This document shows, in pieces, positions 40,551 through 49,701 of a DNA stretch of 64,000 nt. Position numbers and translations under genes: made by a program. Source of the stretch: Rubripirellula sp. (lineage in GTDB: Bacteria > Planctomycetota > Planctomycetia > Pirellulales > Pirellulaceae); contig OZ244207.1 of NCBI GenBank assembly GCA_965216875.1, forward strand, positions 192,001-256,000, in the 5' to 3' direction. The notes beneath the pieces were generated by a model. That model saw only the letters and a list, made by a program, of their open reading frames with translations, was not told where the DNA came from and made no database searches. Positions within the stretch are counted from its first letter, which is position 1. The number at the start of each line of letters is the position of its first letter.

Positions 40551-43058
40551 ATGAACAACCGAATCGTTTTGACAGCCCTCTTTGCTTGGGTTTTCAGCGG
40601 ATGGGTGCATGCAGACGATGCCCAAACGCTGGCCAAGATCGACCAGCAACTGAAGCAAGTGCAGTCTTTTGAATTCGGTCAAAGCGGCAACCCCGCGCAA
40701 GACCTCGAGCGCACGCTTTTTCAATTGCCGGCCGATTCAGCACTGCGTGCAGAGGTCGAACAGAAACTGATCGATGCATTGGACGGAGCCAACAACGTCG
40801 GACGCGGTGTCATTTGTCGCCAGCTTCGAGTGGTGGGGACCGACCGTTGCGTGCCAGCGGTTGCGAAGTTGCTTTCCGACGAAGACGCTTCAGCCTTCGC
40901 GCGGTACACGCTTCAAGGACTCGGAAGCGAAACCGCATTGGGTGCAATGCACGAAGCACTTCATGACGTGCCCGATAACCTCAAACTCGGCATCTTAAAC
41001 TCGTTGTCCGCGCGCGGCTACGAACCGATGCTCAAAGATTGTGTCGACTTGATTGAATCCAAAGACGACAACGTCGCGACCGCAGCGGCCCGCGCCCTCG
41101 GGCGGCTCGGAGGCCCGAGGGCAATATCGACGCTGGCCGATCGACGCGCAAATGCCAGTGCAACACTCGCGGCCGAAATCGACCTCGCTCTATTGGGATG
41201 CGCTGAACAGTTGCTAGCCGGCGGCAAAACCGATTCGGCCGCGAAGATCTATCAACAACTGTATGGCCGCGATGGCTTTCAGCTGGCCGGGTTGAAAGGC
41301 CTCGTTGCTGCACGGCCCGATGACGCCGCGAGCCTGTTGGTCGGTGCGATGCGCAAAGAGGATGCCAGGCTTGCCGCGTTCGCAGCCAACTCAACGCGGT
41401 TAGTTCCTGGGAACGAGGCGACAGCAGCCTTTGTTTCGACGCTCGACATGCTGCCCGAAGGAACCGCGGTTGTACTGATCAAGGCGTTAGGCGAGCGAGG
41501 TGATGCGGCGGCTGCACCCGCGATCGCGGCTGCTTCGAAGAGCCCCAGCCGCGAGGTTCGGTTTGCTGCCTTGGCGGCACTCGGTGGTCTCGAAGGTAAC
41601 GACGCTGCCGACGCGTTGCTCGGGTCGGCAATGGATGATGATCCAACGGTTCGCAGCTTGGCCCGTGCAAGTTTGGCCAAGATTCGAGGCGTCAATTCTT
41701 ATCTCGCAACGATGGCTCAAGGTGGCAATGAAGACCGCGCTGTCGAGGCGATCGCAGCATTCGCGTCACGCGGCGCCACGGACCAAAACAAACTGTTGTT
41801 TGCGTTGGCACGATCCGAAAACGCCAAAAAGCGTGTGGCTGCCATCAACGCGCTCGGTGTGATCGGCGATTCGACGACAGTCGGTCAGTTGGTTGAGTTG
41901 CTACTCGCCTCAGGCAATGCAGAAGACTTAGCGTCCATCGAAGCCTCCTTGGGACGCGTGCTAGGCCGCATCAGCGATGCGGACGAACGAGCAGAGGTTT
42001 TGTTGACCGCCATGCCTCGAGCTTCGGGTGCCGCGAAACCTGCGCTGGTCCGTCTGCTTGCTCGCGCCGGAACGACGGACGCATTGGACGCCGCGCGTCG
42101 GTCGCTGAAAGATGCTGATGCAGCCGTTCGCGTAGGTGCCGTCGAGTCACTTGCGAGTTGGCCCAATTCCGATGCGGCCGACGATCTGGTGCCGTTGATC
42201 GAAAATGCCGCCTCGGCCGAGTTGAAGAGAGTTGCCCTCGATGGATACGTCCGCATCGCTTCCGAATCCGAAGATCCTGCAAGCATGTTCTTGGGGCTGC
42301 TCGATCGCATACGAAGCGTCGACAGCAAAAAGGTTGTGCTCAATGAGATCGGTTTGAATTGTGAATCATTCGAAGCGCTCGACGCGACCATGTCATTGTT
42401 TGGCAACCCGCAACTCAAAGCGGTTGCTGGAATCGCCGCGATTCGAATCGCGTACAAGCTGCGTCGTCAGCATCGAGATCGAATCCGAGAGGTGCTGCAC
42501 GAGATTCTGGCTCGCGTCGATCATCCCGATGTGCAACGACGCGGACAAGACGTAATTAACGACCTCGACAAGTACGAAGATCACATTCTTCGTTGGGTCG
42601 CTATCGGTCCATTTGTGGACAATGAAATCACCAGCGGCGAAGTCAGTTACAAGACGGTCTTTGCACCTGAGCGATCCGACACGTCTGACTTGAAATGGAA
42701 GCCGCTCACTTTGGGCATTGGCAGCTGGGACATCAACCTTGAATCGACCTACGGCGCAAAGGACCATTGCTCGGCATTTGTCCGCACGATGATTTGGTCG
42801 CCCGTTGATCAATCCGTTCAAGTTGAAGGGGGTGCCGACGATGCGCTCAAGATTTGGGTCAACGGCAAACTCGTGCACGAGGGCTGGCGCACCGGTGGTT
42901 GTGAGCCGCGTCAGATCAAAGTGCCCACGAAACTCACTAAGGGCTGGAACGAACTAAAGCTCAAGGTCACCGACCACGAAGGAGGGTGGCAGTTTGGTTG
43001 CCGCGTTCGTAAGCCAAACGGCACCAAAGTCGACGACCTCAAATACGAAGCACGCTAA
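40551..43058 (+). CDS. Secreted HEAT-repeat protein with C-terminal beta domain
   Basis: Many Ala/Leu HEAT units (AARALGRLGG, VRFAALAALG), ADDALKIWVNG. Confidence 0.8.
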   Translation: MNNRIVLTALFAWVFSGWVHADDAQTLAKIDQQLKQVQSFEFGQSGNPAQDLERTLFQLPADSALRAEVEQKLIDALDGANNVGRGVICRQLRVVGTDRCVPAVAKLLSDEDASAFARYTLQGLGSETALGAMHEALHDVPDNLKLGILNSLSARGYEPMLKDCVDLIESKDDNVATAAARALGRLGGPRAISTLADRRANASATLAAEIDLALLGCAEQLLAGGKTDSAAKIYQQLYGRDGFQLAGLKGLVAARPDDAASLLVGAMRKEDARLAAFAANSTRLVPGNEATAAFVSTLDMLPEGTAVVLIKALGERGDAAAAPAIAAASKSPSREVRFAALAALGGLEGNDAADALLGSAMDDDPTVRSLARASLAKIRGVNSYLATMAQGGNEDRAVEAIAAFASRGATDQNKLLFALARSENAKKRVAAINALGVIGDSTTVGQLVELLLASGNAEDLASIEASLGRVLGRISDADERAEVLLTAMPRASGAAKPALVRLLARAGTTDALDAARRSLKDADAAVRVGAVESLASWPNSDAADDLVPLIENAASAELKRVALDGYVRIASESEDPASMFLGLLDRIRSVDSKKVVLNEIGLNCESFEALDATMSLFGNPQLKAVAGIAAIRIAYKLRRQHRDRIREVLHEILARVDHPDVQRRGQDVINDLDKYEDHILRWVAIGPFVDNEITSGEVSYKTVFAPERSDTSDLKWKPLTLGIGSWDINLESTYGAKDHCSAFVRTMIWSPVDQSVQVEGGADDALKIWVNGKLVHEGWRTGGCEPRQIKVPTKLTKGWNELKLKVTDHEGGWQFGCRVRKPNGTKVDDLKYEAR

Positions 43059-43130
43059 GCAAGCTGAGCTTAGCCGCATTCCGCCCACTCCAACTACGTT
43101 TTCGCAAACCTCCATCGCAAGAGCCACAAG

Positions 43131-44126
43131 ATGCACCGTGTTTTTCTCTTTGCCGTAACGTTCATCAGTTTGATCCCTTTCGTCGATGCTGCGGGGCCGG
43201 CGATTACTGACCCCGCAAAGACTGGAATCGATTTTCAGATCCAGGGGGAATACTCCGGCGAGCTGCAATCGGATGAGGGCAAGGGTAACTTTGGCGTGCA
43301 GGTGATCGCTCAGGGAAACGGCAAGTTCAAAGCGGTCGCCTATCGTGGTGGACTTCCCGGCGACGGTTGGGATGGCAAAGACCCGCTGCGCATTGACGGA
43401 GAGTTTGCACTGCAAGAGGACGGCACGCTCGTGATTCAAGGCGAGCACGGGACGGGAACGATCGACAGCGGAGTTCTGTCGATCGATCTCGGGGACGACG
43501 GCACAGTCAACGGCAAGCTCAAGCGAGTCGTTCGCAAGAGTCCGACGCTAGGCAAGGCGCCGCCCGAAGGGGCTGTAGTGCTCTATGCGGACAAAGCGGA
43601 CGCGGCGAAGTGGAAGGGTGGCAAAGCCGATGAGGACGGGCACCTAATGCAAGGCGTCACCAGTAAAGAGACGTTCGGCAGTCACCAGTTGCACGTTGAA
43701 TTCCGCTTGCCGTACATGCCCGAAGCGCGCGGACAAGGTCGCGGCAACAGTGGCTGCTACGTGCAAGGAAAGTACGAAGTGCAGATGCTCGACTCGTTCG
43801 GACTCGAAGGCAAGATGAACGAGTGCGGCGGAATCTATTCGGTCAGCGGCGTCGCAACCAACATGTGTTTTCCGCCACTGTCATGGCAAACCTACGACAT
43901 TGACTACACTGCAGCGAAATACGACGGTGACAAGCGGGTTGCCAATCCTCGTATCACGGTGCGGCACAACGGCATCGTGATTCATGATGACATCGAACTT
44001 CCAGGCGAACGAAACACAACAGCAGCGCCGCAGCCAGCTGGCCCTGAACCAGGCCCCGTGTACTTGCAGAATCATGGCAACCCCGTCCGCTACCGCAACA
44101 TCTGGGTCGTCAAAAAAGACGAGTGA
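43131..44126 (+). CDS. DUF1080 (3-keto-disaccharide hydrolase-like) protein
   Basis: LHVEF, GNSGCYVQGKYEVQMLDS, WQTYDI, LQNHGNPVRYRNIW. Confidence 0.88.
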   Translation: MHRVFLFAVTFISLIPFVDAAGPAITDPAKTGIDFQIQGEYSGELQSDEGKGNFGVQVIAQGNGKFKAVAYRGGLPGDGWDGKDPLRIDGEFALQEDGTLVIQGEHGTGTIDSGVLSIDLGDDGTVNGKLKRVVRKSPTLGKAPPEGAVVLYADKADAAKWKGGKADEDGHLMQGVTSKETFGSHQLHVEFRLPYMPEARGQGRGNSGCYVQGKYEVQMLDSFGLEGKMNECGGIYSVSGVATNMCFPPLSWQTYDIDYTAAKYDGDKRVANPRITVRHNGIVIHDDIELPGERNTTAAPQPAGPEPGPVYLQNHGNPVRYRNIWVVKKDE

Positions 44127-44133
44127 CGTAGAC

Positions 44134-44982
44134 GTAGGCCGGATCAAGGAGCGACAGCGACACAGATCCGGCACGCTGAGCAGACGGCGCTAGCCGAGGG
44201 CCCAACGCTCAATCTTCCGCAATCGTTGTAGGCCGGATCAAGGAGCGACAGCGACACAGATCCGGCACGCTCCACCGAAGACTAAGCCAGAAGGTGGACG
44301 AGTGCCAATGAGCCGCGACCGCGTAAGCGGCCGGGCCCTGTCCACTCTTTCGTGGCCAATCTCTTTTCCCAACGTTCGCCACACTCCTGAGCCGACGGCG
44401 CTAGCCGCGGGCCCTACGCTCAATCTTCCGCAATCGTTGTAGGCCGGATCAAGGAGCGACAGCGACACAGATCCGGCACGCTCCACCGAAGACTAAACCA
44501 GAAGGTGGACGAGTGCCAATGAGCCGCGAACGCGTAAGCGGCCAGGCCCTGTCCACTCTTTCGTGGCCAATCTCTTTTCCTAACGTTCGCCACACTCCTG
44601 AGCCGACGGCGCTAGCCGCGGGCCCTGCCCTCAATCTTCCGCAATCGTTGTAGGCCGGATCAAGGAGCGACAGCGACACAGATCCGGCACGCTCCACCGA
44701 AGACTAAACCAGAAGGTGGACGAGTGCCAATGAGCCGCGACCGCGTAAGCGGCCGGGCCCTGTCCACTCTTTCGTGGCCAATCTCTTTTCCTAACGTTCG
44801 CCACACTCCTGAGCCGACGGCGCTAGCCGCGGGCCCTACGCTCAATCTTCCGCAATCGTTGTAGGCCGGATTAAGGAGCGACAGCGACACAGATCCGGCA
44901 CGCTCCACCGAAGACTAAACCAGAAGTTGGACGAGTGCCAATGAGCCGCGAATGCGTAAGCGGCCGGGCCCCATCCACTCTT
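44134..44982 (+). repeat. Tandem 211-bp mosaic of REP-like palindromes (BIME-like)
   Basis: GTAGGCCGGATC-N19-GATCCGGC at 44134, 44228, 44439, 44650 and 44861 (period 211 after the first; last copy has GGATT). Each unit also carries TGAGCCGCGACCGCGTAAGCGGCCGGGCCC and TGAGCCGACGGCGCTAGCCGCGGGCCC. Confidence 0.95.
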
Positions 44983-45094
44983 TGTGTCTTCTCGTGTTTT
45001 TCGTGGCCCATCTTCCCACAAGAACCTCAGCACCATTCGTCCAATTCGATCGATTCGTGGTTCGTCATTGTCAAAAAGCACAACAAGTTCAGCG
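44958..45094 (+). repeat. Dispersed repeat, copy 1 (homologous to 51250-51437)
   Basis: Shared blocks AAGCGGCCGGGCCC, TTTGTGTCTTCT, TTTTTCGTGGC, GTCCAATTCGATCGATTCGTGGTTCGTC, GCACAACAAGTTCAGCG. Confidence 0.85.
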
Positions 45095-45175
45095 CGAAAA
45101 TCCTTAAACATTTCTTGTTGTGTTGTTCGTGCCCAATCATTCAACAAGAAGAGTGATCCCTGCGCGATCCAAAAT

Positions 45176-45204
45176 TTGACAACCCAAATGTCAACGGCGA
45201 GAAT
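45176..45204 (+). promoter_or_regulatory. Candidate sigma70 promoter for the cassette array (Pc-like)
   Basis: TTGACA (45176-45181), 17 nt, GAGAAT (45199-45204), pointing into the array. Confidence 0.5.
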
Positions 45205-45231
45205 GCCCCCGAAGTGGTTGCCACCTAACCG

Positions 45232-45368
45232 GTGAGAATGCTGGGGCGACCAGTGAGAATACGAGGATCAACGCGCGCGTCACCAACCGTACCGAAGGTC
45301 CACTCAGTGAGAATAACCAGCACGACGTATTCTCACCTGTCCAACAGCTGATAAATAAGTTATTTGGA
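45232..45368 (+). other. Putative attI-like primary recombination site
   Basis: GTTATTTGGA (45359-45368) is the exact reverse complement of TCCAAATAAC opening attC1 but is not preceded by an attC hairpin. GTGAGAAT at 45232, 45253 and 45307, inverted at 45329. Confidence 0.7.
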
Positions 45369-45377
45369 CTAACCTCC

Positions 45378-45990
45378 TTGCGAGTGCGCTTCTCAATCAC
45401 TGCTTTGCTCGTGTTGCCTATCGCGGCAGCATTCACGTACGCGTTGTGGTTACGCCTTGCTAATTGGGGACCGCCTGAGAGGAAGACATGCATTGCACAC
45501 GAACACTCCGTCGGACTGGTGCGGGGTTTTGATACTCAAGATTGGGGCCACCACGACGTTGAGCCGGGACAGGGCACTTATCTCACAGGGCACTTATCTC
45601 TATGTTCGAATCTACGGATTGCTGAGCACGACAACGGACAGCACTTCCTATTTGGATTTGGGACTCCAACTTCCCGCGAACGTTGAAGCCGGACAAACGT
45701 TTACCTGTACGCCAGCTAAACGCGCACGCGCAGTATCCGAAGTCGATGTTAACGGCGACTCACTATCGAAACTCACGGAAGGGGAATTCGCTATATTCGG
45801 GTATGCGTACCCGCGTACCGGTTGGTTAGTTTCAGGTTCGAAGGTGACGGCCAGAGTCGCGATCGAACGCATTTCGCGAAAACGGATGTATGCCCAAATC
45901 CAACTTGCTGGTCAATTTGCCCCCGATCTCGGTCCACTTAATATTGATCGGACATTGGTTTTTGATCGCGACCTGGCGAATTCCAAATAA
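45378..45990 (+). pseudogene. Cassette 1: exported hypothetical protein frameshifted by a 16-bp duplication
   Basis: ACAGGGCACTTATCTC at 45569-45584 and 45585-45600. Removing one copy joins ORFs 45378..45686 and 45457..45990 (...EPGQGTYLYVRIYG...). Confidence 0.8.
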
Positions 45991-46073
45991 CCAAGCCATG
46001 AACCGGAGATCGCCATAGCGCGATTGCTGATGGCAACCACATTGGGCGATCCCGGTTATGGCCAACGTTCGCC
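45985..46073 (+). other. attC-like site 1
   Basis: AAATAAC caa GCCATGAACCGG...CCGGTTATGGC caac GTTCGCC. Confidence 0.85.
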
Positions 46074-46098
46074 AACACAAAGCCTCAAACTGCGATTG

Positions 46099-46548
46099 AT
46101 GACCGAACATCGATTGTCGACACAAGATGTGCTCGATTTCTTCCGCGAGTTGCCTCAACACCGTGGTTGTTCGGTAGACGAACTTGACGCCGTTGAGAAT
46201 CAGCTAGCGGTATCACTACCGCAGTTATATCGCGACATGATGCTGCTTGACGCATATCGCCTCTACAACACTGAAATCTTCGTCCCTGTTTCCGAATTGC
46301 ACGAGTGGACACGGACTGCACCCGACGACTTCCATCGCGGTACGATCTGGACACTCTCTCCGAGTGACGTGATCTTTGCGGTTGCCCCCGGTGCAGAGGA
46401 CAACTACTACTTTTCCGCAGACGGGACTGACGACCCGCCGGTGTACGGCTTGTCCCTGAATACAAGCAATCCTTCGACGCCGAATGTTGTCGCTGATACA
46501 CTATCCTTCTTCACTGCTGAGATTCTCAGGTCGTCCCTGAGACTCTAG
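46099..46548 (+). CDS. Cassette 2: SMI1/KNR4 (SUKH) family immunity-like protein
   Basis: GCSVDELDAVENQLAVSLPQLYRDMM...YYF...DDPPVY. First ATG after attC1. Confidence 0.75.
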   Translation: MTEHRLSTQDVLDFFRELPQHRGCSVDELDAVENQLAVSLPQLYRDMMLLDAYRLYNTEIFVPVSELHEWTRTAPDDFHRGTIWTLSPSDVIFAVAPGAEDNYYFSADGTDDPPVYGLSLNTSNPSTPNVVADTLSFFTAEILRSSLRL

Positions 46549-46560
46549 CGTTACTGAACT

Positions 46561-46653
46561 GGCGAACCATGAAATGCACGGGAGGACGGGAGTCGCGTTT
46601 TTTAGTCTGCTTGCAAGCCTTTCGCCCGTCCCCCGTGATTTCTTTCGTTCGCC
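46561..46653 (+). other. attC-like site 2
   Basis: GGCGAAC cat GAAATGCACGGG...CCCGTGATTTC tttc GTTCGCC. Confidence 0.88.
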
Positions 46654-46659
46654 GATGCA

Positions 46660-47196
46660 ATGAACAACTCCTTTTCATTTGTCGTCGTGTTCGGATTACT
46701 CGCATTTGTGTCCGGCTGCAGCGACGCGTCGAGAACCGACGAGCAATACCTTGCTGACTGGCGGAACGCCGAATCTAAAAGCAACGTTTTGCATGAGGGT
46801 GGCACCTGGCATTTCGAATTTGTGTCTGTTCGCCTGTACCGCCACAACTGGGATAACCAATATATCGAATTTCCAATCCTATCGGCGGGGAAGCTAAGTG
46901 AAACCCGTGAACCGAAGGAAGGGATCTTGCTGAGTCCTAGTCAGGTCGACCGCCTAGAAGCAGCAGTAACCGGATCCCACGCAGACACTGGAATCGCATT
47001 GTGCCATTTTCCACATCACGGATTTGTCTTTTTCGACGCTGATGGCGTTCCTGTCGGTAGCGTGGATGTCTGTTTTCTTTGCGGAAACGTTAGGACCATG
47101 CCCGAAGGGTATGCAGAGAGTTGTGATCTGCTCTCTCTTGCTGAGTTGATACATGAAGCCGGTGTTCCACTTCGCAACCCAGAGTGGAAGCACTAG
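46660..47196 (+). CDS. Cassette 3: hypothetical lipoprotein
   Basis: Lipobox FVSGC; C-terminal CHFPHHG...VCFLC. Confidence 0.7.
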   Translation: MNNSFSFVVVFGLLAFVSGCSDASRTDEQYLADWRNAESKSNVLHEGGTWHFEFVSVRLYRHNWDNQYIEFPILSAGKLSETREPKEGILLSPSQVDRLEAAVTGSHADTGIALCHFPHHGFVFFDADGVPVGSVDVCFLCGNVRTMPEGYAESCDLLSLAELIHEAGVPLRNPEWKH

Positions 47197-47197
47197 C

Positions 47198-47287
47198 GGC
47201 GAACCATGGCGTGCACACGAAGCACGGCATAAGATGTTTACAAATGGAAACCGCATGGGCCGTCCCCGGTGACGGCTAACGTTCTGC
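47198..47287 (+). other. attC-like site 3
   Basis: GGCGAAC catgg CGTGCAC...GTGACG gctaac GTTCTGC. Confidence 0.8.
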
Positions 47288-47297
47288 CAATGGAGAT

Positions 47298-47744
47298 TTG
47301 CGTTTGACGCTGAGCCCTGAATCGAAGCGCGACCTTGCAATTGCCGCTGGGGGGATCCTCGCAACGACTTTCTTCGTTTCGTCAAACGGTAACGGACAGA
47401 ATCCGTTCACGGTTCTCCTTGGGATGCTGATTGTCTCCGCGATCGTCTCTGCCATATCTATTCTGCTGTCAAGGCTCGTGCCCACATTAACATTGGCTAT
47501 CGTTGCGAGTATTGTCATTTCGGAACTGGTTTTCCTGCTCTATTTCATGTACAGCGTAGCATCGCGTGGGCATTCAGACCCTCATCTGGCAGAAGCGTTT
47601 TTGCTCCTTCCGATCGTTTTTGCGATCGTGACTTCACCGCTCATCGCGTTGACCGCGTATGGTATAGGACGGATCGCCAATCGCTACTTTTATTCGCATG
47701 ACACAACTTCTGATCTTTCCGATCAGAAAACACCGGCGATGTGA
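47298..47744 (+). CDS. Cassette 4: multi-pass membrane protein
   Basis: GGAG RBS before TTG and about 4 hydrophobic helices. Confidence 0.7.
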   Translation: MRLTLSPESKRDLAIAAGGILATTFFVSSNGNGQNPFTVLLGMLIVSAIVSAISILLSRLVPTLTLAIVASIVISELVFLLYFMYSVASRGHSDPHLAEAFLLLPIVFAIVTSPLIALTAYGIGRIANRYFYSHDTTSDLSDQKTPAM

Positions 47745-47746
47745 AG

Positions 47747-47837
47747 GCAGAACAATGACATGCCCCGAAGGACGCGAGCCAAGCGGTTTGGCAATGGTGA
47801 ATCTTTCTCGCGTCCTCGGTGATGTCCGCCGTTCTGC
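47747..47837 (+). other. attC-like site 4
   Basis: GCAGAAC aat GACATGCCCCGAAGGACGCGAG...CTCGCGTCCTCGGTGATGTC cgcc GTTCTGC. Confidence 0.88.
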
Positions 47838-47844
47838 GACAAGA

Positions 47845-48330
47845 ATGAATCTCACTGTTGCTGCCTTCTTCCTTGCTGCAGTTGGATGCAGCAATCGTAC
47901 AACAACGACGCCCCAAGAGAACGCCTTTGATCCGGCTGCCTATAGACCCGAGATTAGACCGTTTCTACTCCAACTCGACTCATTGGTCGGAAAGTACAAC
48001 TCAGAGGCGCGCGGAATCGAACTCAGTGAGCACGGAGTCGATGGACACCTGAATGATGCTGAAGCCCGTAGATTAGCCGATTTCGCAAATGCGATTATCG
48101 ACGACTTGAACAACCGTTTTGATAGGCCTGTCGCCCGCACGATCGGTGATACTTGGTATCAAGTTCCTTCGCGATTCAACATCACGGAAGCCGAACCACA
48201 TGACGGCATTTCAAGAACGTTCACTGTTTCTCACCTCAATTGCGGCCTTCATGAGTACGATTTCGTCGTTGACGAGGGCCTGGGCATCGTTGTTGCAGAT
48301 CGCTACGACAGCCTGGGCATCAACTGGTAA
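47845..48330 (+). CDS. Cassette 5: hypothetical lipoprotein
   Basis: MNLTVAAFFLAAVGC lipobox at the first ATG after attC4. Confidence 0.7.
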   Translation: MNLTVAAFFLAAVGCSNRTTTTPQENAFDPAAYRPEIRPFLLQLDSLVGKYNSEARGIELSEHGVDGHLNDAEARRLADFANAIIDDLNNRFDRPVARTIGDTWYQVPSRFNITEAEPHDGISRTFTVSHLNCGLHEYDFVVDEGLGIVVADRYDSLGINW

Positions 48331-48335
48331 GGTGC

Positions 48336-48426
48336 GCAGAACGATGCGAAAATACGGAGCGGCGGTGGAGCGATTGTTTCCAATGGTTGGTCAACTCCCG
48401 CCGACCGCACATCGCTACCGTTATGC
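48336..48426 (+). other. attC-like site 5
   Basis: GCAGAAC gat GCGA...CGGCGG...CCGCCG...TCGC tacc GTTATGC. Confidence 0.8.
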
Positions 48427-48435
48427 ATCAAGACA

Positions 48436-48934
48436 ATGGAACTTCGTCCCCAACTTGAGCCTCCGAAGATCGACGAGCAGCTTGCTGCCCGACTCGCAGA
48501 GCTTGCTGCGGACATTGACGGTGCGCGACCCGGCGAATGGGACGAATGGCTGGCTGAATTCAATCAGCTCGCGAATACTTCGATTCCGTTTGAGCACTTC
48601 CAAGGAATCTACGGTGGCGAAGAACATATCGAATGGGTGCGCCGAATATTGCACGATCAACACTCAAAACCTGTTGATGACGTCACGCGTGACGAACTAA
48701 TCGAAATTGTCCGACGTGCCATGCCTCAGAACGGATATTTGGAAGCCGAGGCATACATGGCGGTACTCGACAAAAAATGTCCCGCGATCTGGGGCGTCAA
48801 ACTTGATCTTTTATCCGCCTGACTACGACGACGCCACGAACACTTGGGACGGTGGCCGCATGATGGGTGAATACGATCCCACACCAGAGCAAATCGTGGA
48901 TTGGGCGTTGCAAACTGATTCAAATGATGCATAA
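48436..48934 (+). pseudogene. Cassette 6: bacteriocin (colicin-type) immunity-like protein, frameshifted in an A6 run
   Basis: TRDELIEIVRR in ORF 48436..48822 and NVPRSGASNLIFYP...PTPEQIVDWAL in frame 48707..48934. A5 instead of A6 at 48772-48777 joins them. The stop falls in the attC6 core. Confidence 0.7.
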
Positions 48935-49019
48935 CAAAAAAATGCACCCGAGTCGCGAAGTCGGGCGTATTGACAATTGAGAATCTCTCGTCGCGACCGG
49001 GTGATCTTAGACGTTCTGT
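48929..49019 (+). other. attC-like site 6
   Basis: GCATAAC...ATGCACCCGAGTCGCGA...TCGCGACCGGGTGAT...GTTCTGT. Confidence 0.88.
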
Positions 49020-49022
49020 GAA

Positions 49023-49652
49023 ATGGAGTCTTCGCCCAACGTGACTGCAGGCAAAATCACAATCGCCGTTGTCGTGCTCGGCTTCGCAGTGCTTTATTGC
49101 GAATGGCTAGCGACGATTGTTCCTCCCGAGCATTGGGCATACGGCTTCTGCGTCAATTTTGTATTCCTGGCAGCGTTCACGGCCGTACTCACAACGCTTG
49201 AACTTCCAATCCTCCCAAGCTCGTACTTCACACCTAAATCATTTGAGCGCGAGGGCCGGATCTATCGCTGGACGGGCATCCAGCCATTTCTAGCTTTCTT
49301 GCGGCTTATCGGTTGGGAGCGATTTTGGCGAAAAGCAATTCCGGTCAGGACTGACGTTGCCTCGCTTCGCAAGTACTCTCAATCTACGCGCGGCTCCGAA
49401 GCAGTGCACCTGGTCGCTGCGATCTTTACAGCATTGTTTACGATGACGGTCGCAGTTCGACACTCGTTCGTAGGTACAGGATGGCTGTGGGGATTCAACG
49501 TTCTGGCGAACGCCTACCCAGTGATGCTTCAACGCTATAATCGTCCGCGGGTTGATCGACTACTTCGCCGCCTCGAACGAAAATGCGGTCAGGACAGCAC
49601 AGAACAAAGCGATCGACACGGAGCCGCCGACGGCGCTTTTACAAAAGGATGA
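49023..49652 (+). CDS. Cassette 7: CrtO-like (glycosyl-diaponeurosporenoate acyltransferase-like) membrane protein
   Basis: [39 protein letters not shown] ends inside attC7. Confidence 0.65.
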   Translation: MESSPNVTAGKITIAVVVLGFAVLYCEWLATIVPPEHWAYGFCVNFVFLAAFTAVLTTLELPILPSSYFTPKSFEREGRIYRWTGIQPFLAFLRLIGWERFWRKAIPVRTDVASLRKYSQSTRGSEAVHLVAAIFTALFTMTVAVRHSFVGTGWLWGFNVLANAYPVMLQRYNRPRVDRLLRRLERKCGQDSTEQSDRHGAADGAFTKG

Positions 49653-49688
49653 TCGATTGCGGCGGCCCGGTCATCGCAAGCGTTCTGT
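49599..49688 (+). other. attC-like site 7
   Basis: ACAGAAC aaa GCGATCGAC...GCCGCCG...CGGCGGC...GTCATCGC aagc GTTCTGT. Confidence 0.85.
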
Positions 49689-49701
49689 GGCTAAGACGAA
49701 C

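Noticed and set aside
44238..44908. Three near-identical 82-aa ORFs
   Set aside because: By-products of the tandem REP units with no protein-like features.
44134..44982. CRISPR array
   Set aside because: Sequences between the palindromes are near-identical rather than unique spacers, the period is 211 bp, and no cas genes were seen.
44127..45358. Integrase gene or remnant
   Set aside because: Short ORFs here show no tyrosine-recombinase motifs and overlap repeats.
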